In this document: positions 49,626 to 53,421 of the stretch, in pieces | How the letters are laid out: every line of letters begins with the position of its first letter | Numbering within the stretch: position 1 is the stretch's first letter | NCBI RefSeq assembly: GCF_001194135.2 | Contig: NC_068981.1 | Coordinates: 33,435,731-33,489,151, forward strand | DNA: 53,421 bases | Direction of reading: 5' to 3' | Source of the DNA: Octopus bimaculoides | Taxonomy: Eukaryota | Position numbers and translations under genes: made by a program | The notes under the pieces: model-generated | Told to the model about the DNA's origin: nothing | Databases searched by the model: none | The model's input: the letters and a program-made list of their open reading frames with translations, nothing else

Positions 49626-49657
<32 letters not shown>

Positions 49658-49825
49658 ATACGACAAGCTTCTTTCAGTTTCCGTCTACCAAATCCACTCA
49701 CAAGGCTTTGGTCGGCCCGTAGCTATAGCAGAAGACACTTGCCCAAGGTGCCATGCAGTGAGACTGAACCTGGAACCATGTGGTTGGTAAGCAAGCTACT
49801 CACCACGCAGCCACTCCTGCGCCTA
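48715..49825 (-). mobile_element. Family B SINE split (48715-48900 and 49628-49825) by an insert with ~88-bp terminal direct repeats
   Basis: CATTTATTGTGG...AATTTTAAATA at about 48909-48997 and 49540-49627. Confidence 0.75.
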
Positions 49826-50184
49826 TATATATTCACACACATACACACACAGTCATATGTTTTGAGTGTTGGGCTTCACGGAGGCAATGATGAATGACCA
49901 AGACCTTTAGCATTATGCTGTGCTTGAAAAAAATGACTCATCAAGCCAAGTAAAATCACAGTCATGGCAAATATTGGCGTCACATCAATGGCACCCATGG
50001 TTGGCGTTAGGAATGACATCCAGCTGTAAAAACCATGCCAGATCATACTGGGGTCTGGTGCAGCCTACCAGCTTGCCAGCCCTGGTCAAACTGTCCAACC
50101 CATGCCAGCATGGACAACAGACATTAAATGGTGATGATGGTGATGCTGGCTTTGATGTTGAAGCAACCACTGTAAATATTCCTA

Positions 50185-50540
50185 TGCCAGGCATGATTGT
50201 GTGGTCAAGAAGCTGGCTTTGCAACCATGAGGTTTGGGGTTCAGTCCCACTGGATGGCACCTTGTGAACATGTGACTTCCTCTATAGCTCCAAGCTGACA
50301 AATGCCTTGTGAGTGAATTTGGAAGACAGAAACTGTCTGGAAGCCTGTTGTATAGATATGTGTGTGTGTATGCTTTTGTATTTGTTCACCACCACCACCA
50401 CTTGACAACCAGTGTTGTTTTGTTTACATCCTCATAACATAACAGTTTGGTAAAAAATACTGATAGAGTCAATTTGTCCTTTGAAGGCAGTGTCCCAGCA
50501 TAGCTGCAGTCCAATAACTGAACCAAGTAAAAGAAGAAGT
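50185..50540 (+). mobile_element. Family B SINE, diverged (further copies 51195-51460 +, 52775-53000 -)
   Basis: Head, core and tail motifs as for 19444. Confidence 0.8.
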
Positions 50541-50927
50541 TAAAGATGTATTTTTTTACCTCTTTTTATTCACACATCATCATCATCATCATCATCGTTT
50601 AACATCCGCTTTCCATGCTGGCATGGGTTGGACGGTTTGACTGAGGACTGGCAAGCCAGAAGGCTGCACCAGGCTCCAATCTGATCTGGCAAAAATTTCT
50701 ACAGCTGGATGCCCTTCCTAATNNNNNNNNNNGGCAAAAATTTCTACAGCTGGATGCCCTTCCTAATGCCAACCACTCCGAGAGTGTAGTGGGTGCTTTT
50801 TACATGACACCAGCACAAGGGCCAGTCAGGCGGTACTGGCATCGACCACACTCGAATGGTACTTTTTACGTGCCAATATATGCACACACACACACATACA
50901 TATATTAATGTACAATAATCTAGTAGA

Positions 50928-51143
50928 TTAACCCTTTAACATTCAAACCGGCCATATCTGTTTTATGTTCAAACTGGCCAGATCCAGTCTCTCCCACCTA
51001 CTCTACAATGCTATTCTAAAATTAAATGATTACATCTTCAAAATCTTGAAGCTGCAAGATAATAGATGATTAATTTTTTTAAATATGGATACATAAACAT
51101 TACATTTGATAAATTAATCTGAATTTTAACACTAAAATGTTAA
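50928..51143. mobile_element. piggyBac-type MITE, third copy
   Basis: TTAA-CCCTTTAAC...CTAAAATG-TTAA; body matches 48259. Confidence 0.78.
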
Positions 51144-52165
51144 AATCCTTACTTACCACTATATGAAATTACTTTGTATACAAAAGATAATTAGGCATGG
51201 CTATGTGATAGAAAGTTTGTTTCCCAACCACATGGCACCTTGGGCAAGTGCCTTCTACTATAGCCTCACCCTGACCAAAGCCTTGTGAGTGGATTTGGTT
51301 GACAGAAAGAGAAAGAAGATCACTTTATGCATGTGCGTGTGTACGCGTGCACACACTTGTCTGTCTCCCACCACTGCTTGACAACTGGTGTCCATGTGTT
51401 TACATCCCCATAATTTAGTAATTCGGTAAAAGGGTCTGACAGAATAAGTACCAGGCTTATAAGAATAATAATCGTGATGGCACCTGTGCCCAGTGTCGCC
51501 TTCTTGGTACTTGTGCTGGTAGTATGTTTAAAGATATTCGAGCGAGATCGTTGCCAGTGCCGCCGGACTGGCTCCTGTGCAGGTGGCACGTAAAATACAC
51601 CATTTTGAGCGTGGCTGTTGCCAGTACCGCCTGACTGGCCTTCGTGCCGGTGGCATGTAAAAGCACTCACTACACTCTCAGAGTGTCTGGCGTTAAGAAG
51701 GGCGTCCAGCTGTAGAAACTCTGCCAAATCAGATTGGAGCCTGGTGTAACCATCTGATTCACCAATCCTCAGTCAAATCGTCCAACCCATGCTAGCATGG
51801 AAAGCAGATGTTAAACGATGATGATGAGGTAAGGTCTGGGGCTGATTCAATACAAAATAAAATCATCAGTAATTATACTGCATTCTTATTACTAAATGGC
51901 AGAGACTGTAGTGCTAGACTAAAGATATTAAATTTAGTTTTATTTCTTAATTCATATCTCATCAGTATTAACTCTGCTTTTTACACCTTCTGTGACAATG
52001 AGACAAAATACCTATCATGTTCTAGCATAATTCAGTTTACAGTATTTTTCCTCCTTAGAAATTTTCAATTTTAAATTATTGTAAAAATGTGCTTATTAAC
52101 TGGAAACAAAATCTATTCACTAAGGTTTGCATTTCTTTGAAAATATAATTTTATGTTTATTTCAG

Positions 52166-52237
52166 GGAGATAAGTCTCTGGTGAAATTTGAATGCTGTGT
52201 AGAAGCAGCTCACCGTAATCCTGGTGGCATGAGACGG
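52166..52237 (+). CDS. FBXO31: FBXO31-like coding exon 5 (GDKSLVKFECCVEAAHRNPGGMRR); gene continues beyond window
   Basis: tttatttcag acceptor, CGG|gtaaat donor; aligns with recalled [20 protein letters not shown]. Confidence 0.9.
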
Positions 52238-52456
52238 GTAAATCACCTTTCTTACTATTGTCTTTACTTTGGCATAACATGACTTAACAAACGGTATGCC
52301 TTGTTAAAAACATTGTTTTCCTGGTCTTGTATTAATTTTATATAAAAGACAGCAACAACATAGCCAAAGAGCTCAATCTTTTTTAAAATAAGTATTGATA
52401 CTAATGTTCAATATGTGTATGGATGCATTTTCTTTGCTTTCTTTGAAGTTCCATGT

Positions 52457-52499
52457 ACCAGTCTCTTTGGAGGCATGGGTTCAAATCCCACAGCTGCCA
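52457..52499 (+). pseudogene. tRNA-Leu 3'-half fragment
   Basis: ACCAGTCTCTTTGGAGGCATGGGTTCAAATCCCACAGCTGCCA versus recalled metazoan tRNA-Leu ACCAGTCTCTTCGGAGGCGTGGGTTCGAATCCCACCGCTGCCA; no 5' half. Confidence 0.8.
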
Positions 52500-53179
52500 A
52501 TTAATTTTAATAGCAATACCCCAGCATGGCCACAGCAAGTATAATTAGATTCTCTAAAATTAAGATTGAAACTCTTTTCTTTTTTGTCTTTTTTGATCTT
52601 TTCAAGGAATTTGAACAATTTCTGATGGATGAAAGCAGTGAAATTACAGAAATAATATTTACTGGTAAAATTGAACTGCTGCAAAAGTTTTGGGTGTTAA
52701 AAAGATTTGAGTAAGAATATTTTGTTTCCTTTTTACATTGAAAAAAAACTGTTTCCATTTAGGCAGCATTAGTTTATCTTTCTCTCTTTTACTCTTTTCT
52801 CTTTTACTTGTTTCAGTCATTTGACTGTGGCCATGCTGGAGCACCGCCTTTATTTGAGCAAATCGACCCCAGGACTTATTCTTTGGAAGCCTAGTACTTA
52901 TTCTATCGGTCTCTCTTTTGCAAAACCGCTAAGTGACGGGGACATAAACACACAACCATCGGTTGTCAAGTGATGCTGGGGGGGACAAACACAGACACAT
53001 CCCAACTCACTCTTGCCTGAGATAAGAAAATGGGTCCTTGCATCTCTTCAGGGCCAAGTTACATTAATTCACAGCAGACAGCAAACAGACAACATTATTA
53101 GTTGTACTTAAATTACATGTGTATAAGAAAATTATAATCAAATTATAATATTTGGTAGAGATTTAAATATATATATACT

Positions 53180-53421
53180 TGGAAGGACTGGAAGAACGGT
53201 GGTAGCAGGGAATTGTACCAATGTGCCAGAAGGGAGGCTAGGCGACAGGTTTATTTAGCCAGAGGGGAAGCAGATAAGGAAAGATTTGCCAATGTTCTGC
53301 GCCGTGAGGACCAAAGACTCGAGGTATTTCGTGTTGCAAGACAGTGTAGGAGAGAGAATAGTGATGTTGTAGGAGAGAAATGTGTTCGCATGGATGATGG
53401 TACGCTTGCATTAAATGAGGA
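53180..53421 (+). mobile_element. 5'-truncated RTE LINE ORF2, open to window end
   Basis: WKDWKNGGSRELYQCARREARRQVYLARGEADKERFANVLRREDQRLEVFRVARQCRRENSDVVGEKCVRMDDG; no stops, CpGs retained. Confidence 0.9.

Noticed and set aside
50689-50765. 33-bp direct duplication across a 10-N gap
   Set aside because: Typical unmerged contig overlap.

Overview
Eukaryotic, AT-rich, repeat-dense scaffold with several N gaps. The SINE/LINE families and microsatellite load match what I recognise from Octopus genomes (probably a short-read O. bimaculoides-type assembly; this is recognition, not a database result). No CRISPR array, rRNA or intact tRNA gene. The ORF track misses both host genes because their exons are short. 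I reconstructed them by splice-site and phase matching: (1) an unidentified + strand gene whose 3' exons lie at about 7-17 kb, and (2) an FBXO31-like F-box gene on the + strand, with five coding exons from 31355 to 52237, continuing beyond the window. The rest is a transposon fossil record: several tRNA-derived SINE families; RTE, CR1, R4/Dong, CRE and Penelope retroelements; mariner, pogo/Tigger, Chapaev3, Merlin and hAT remnants; piggyBac-type and 8-bp-TSD MITEs; and a 1.8 kb non-autonomous LTR element nested in a SINE. CpG is visibly retained at about 20-39 kb and depleted on both sides. I found no convincing novel multi-gene system. The best leads are a perfect 145-bp inverted repeat around a probable exon, the LTR element with NRF1-type motifs and a terminal hairpin, GG-ended 8-bp-TSD foldbacks carrying TAACCC motifs, an RTE fragment resembling decapod elements, and the orphan gene.
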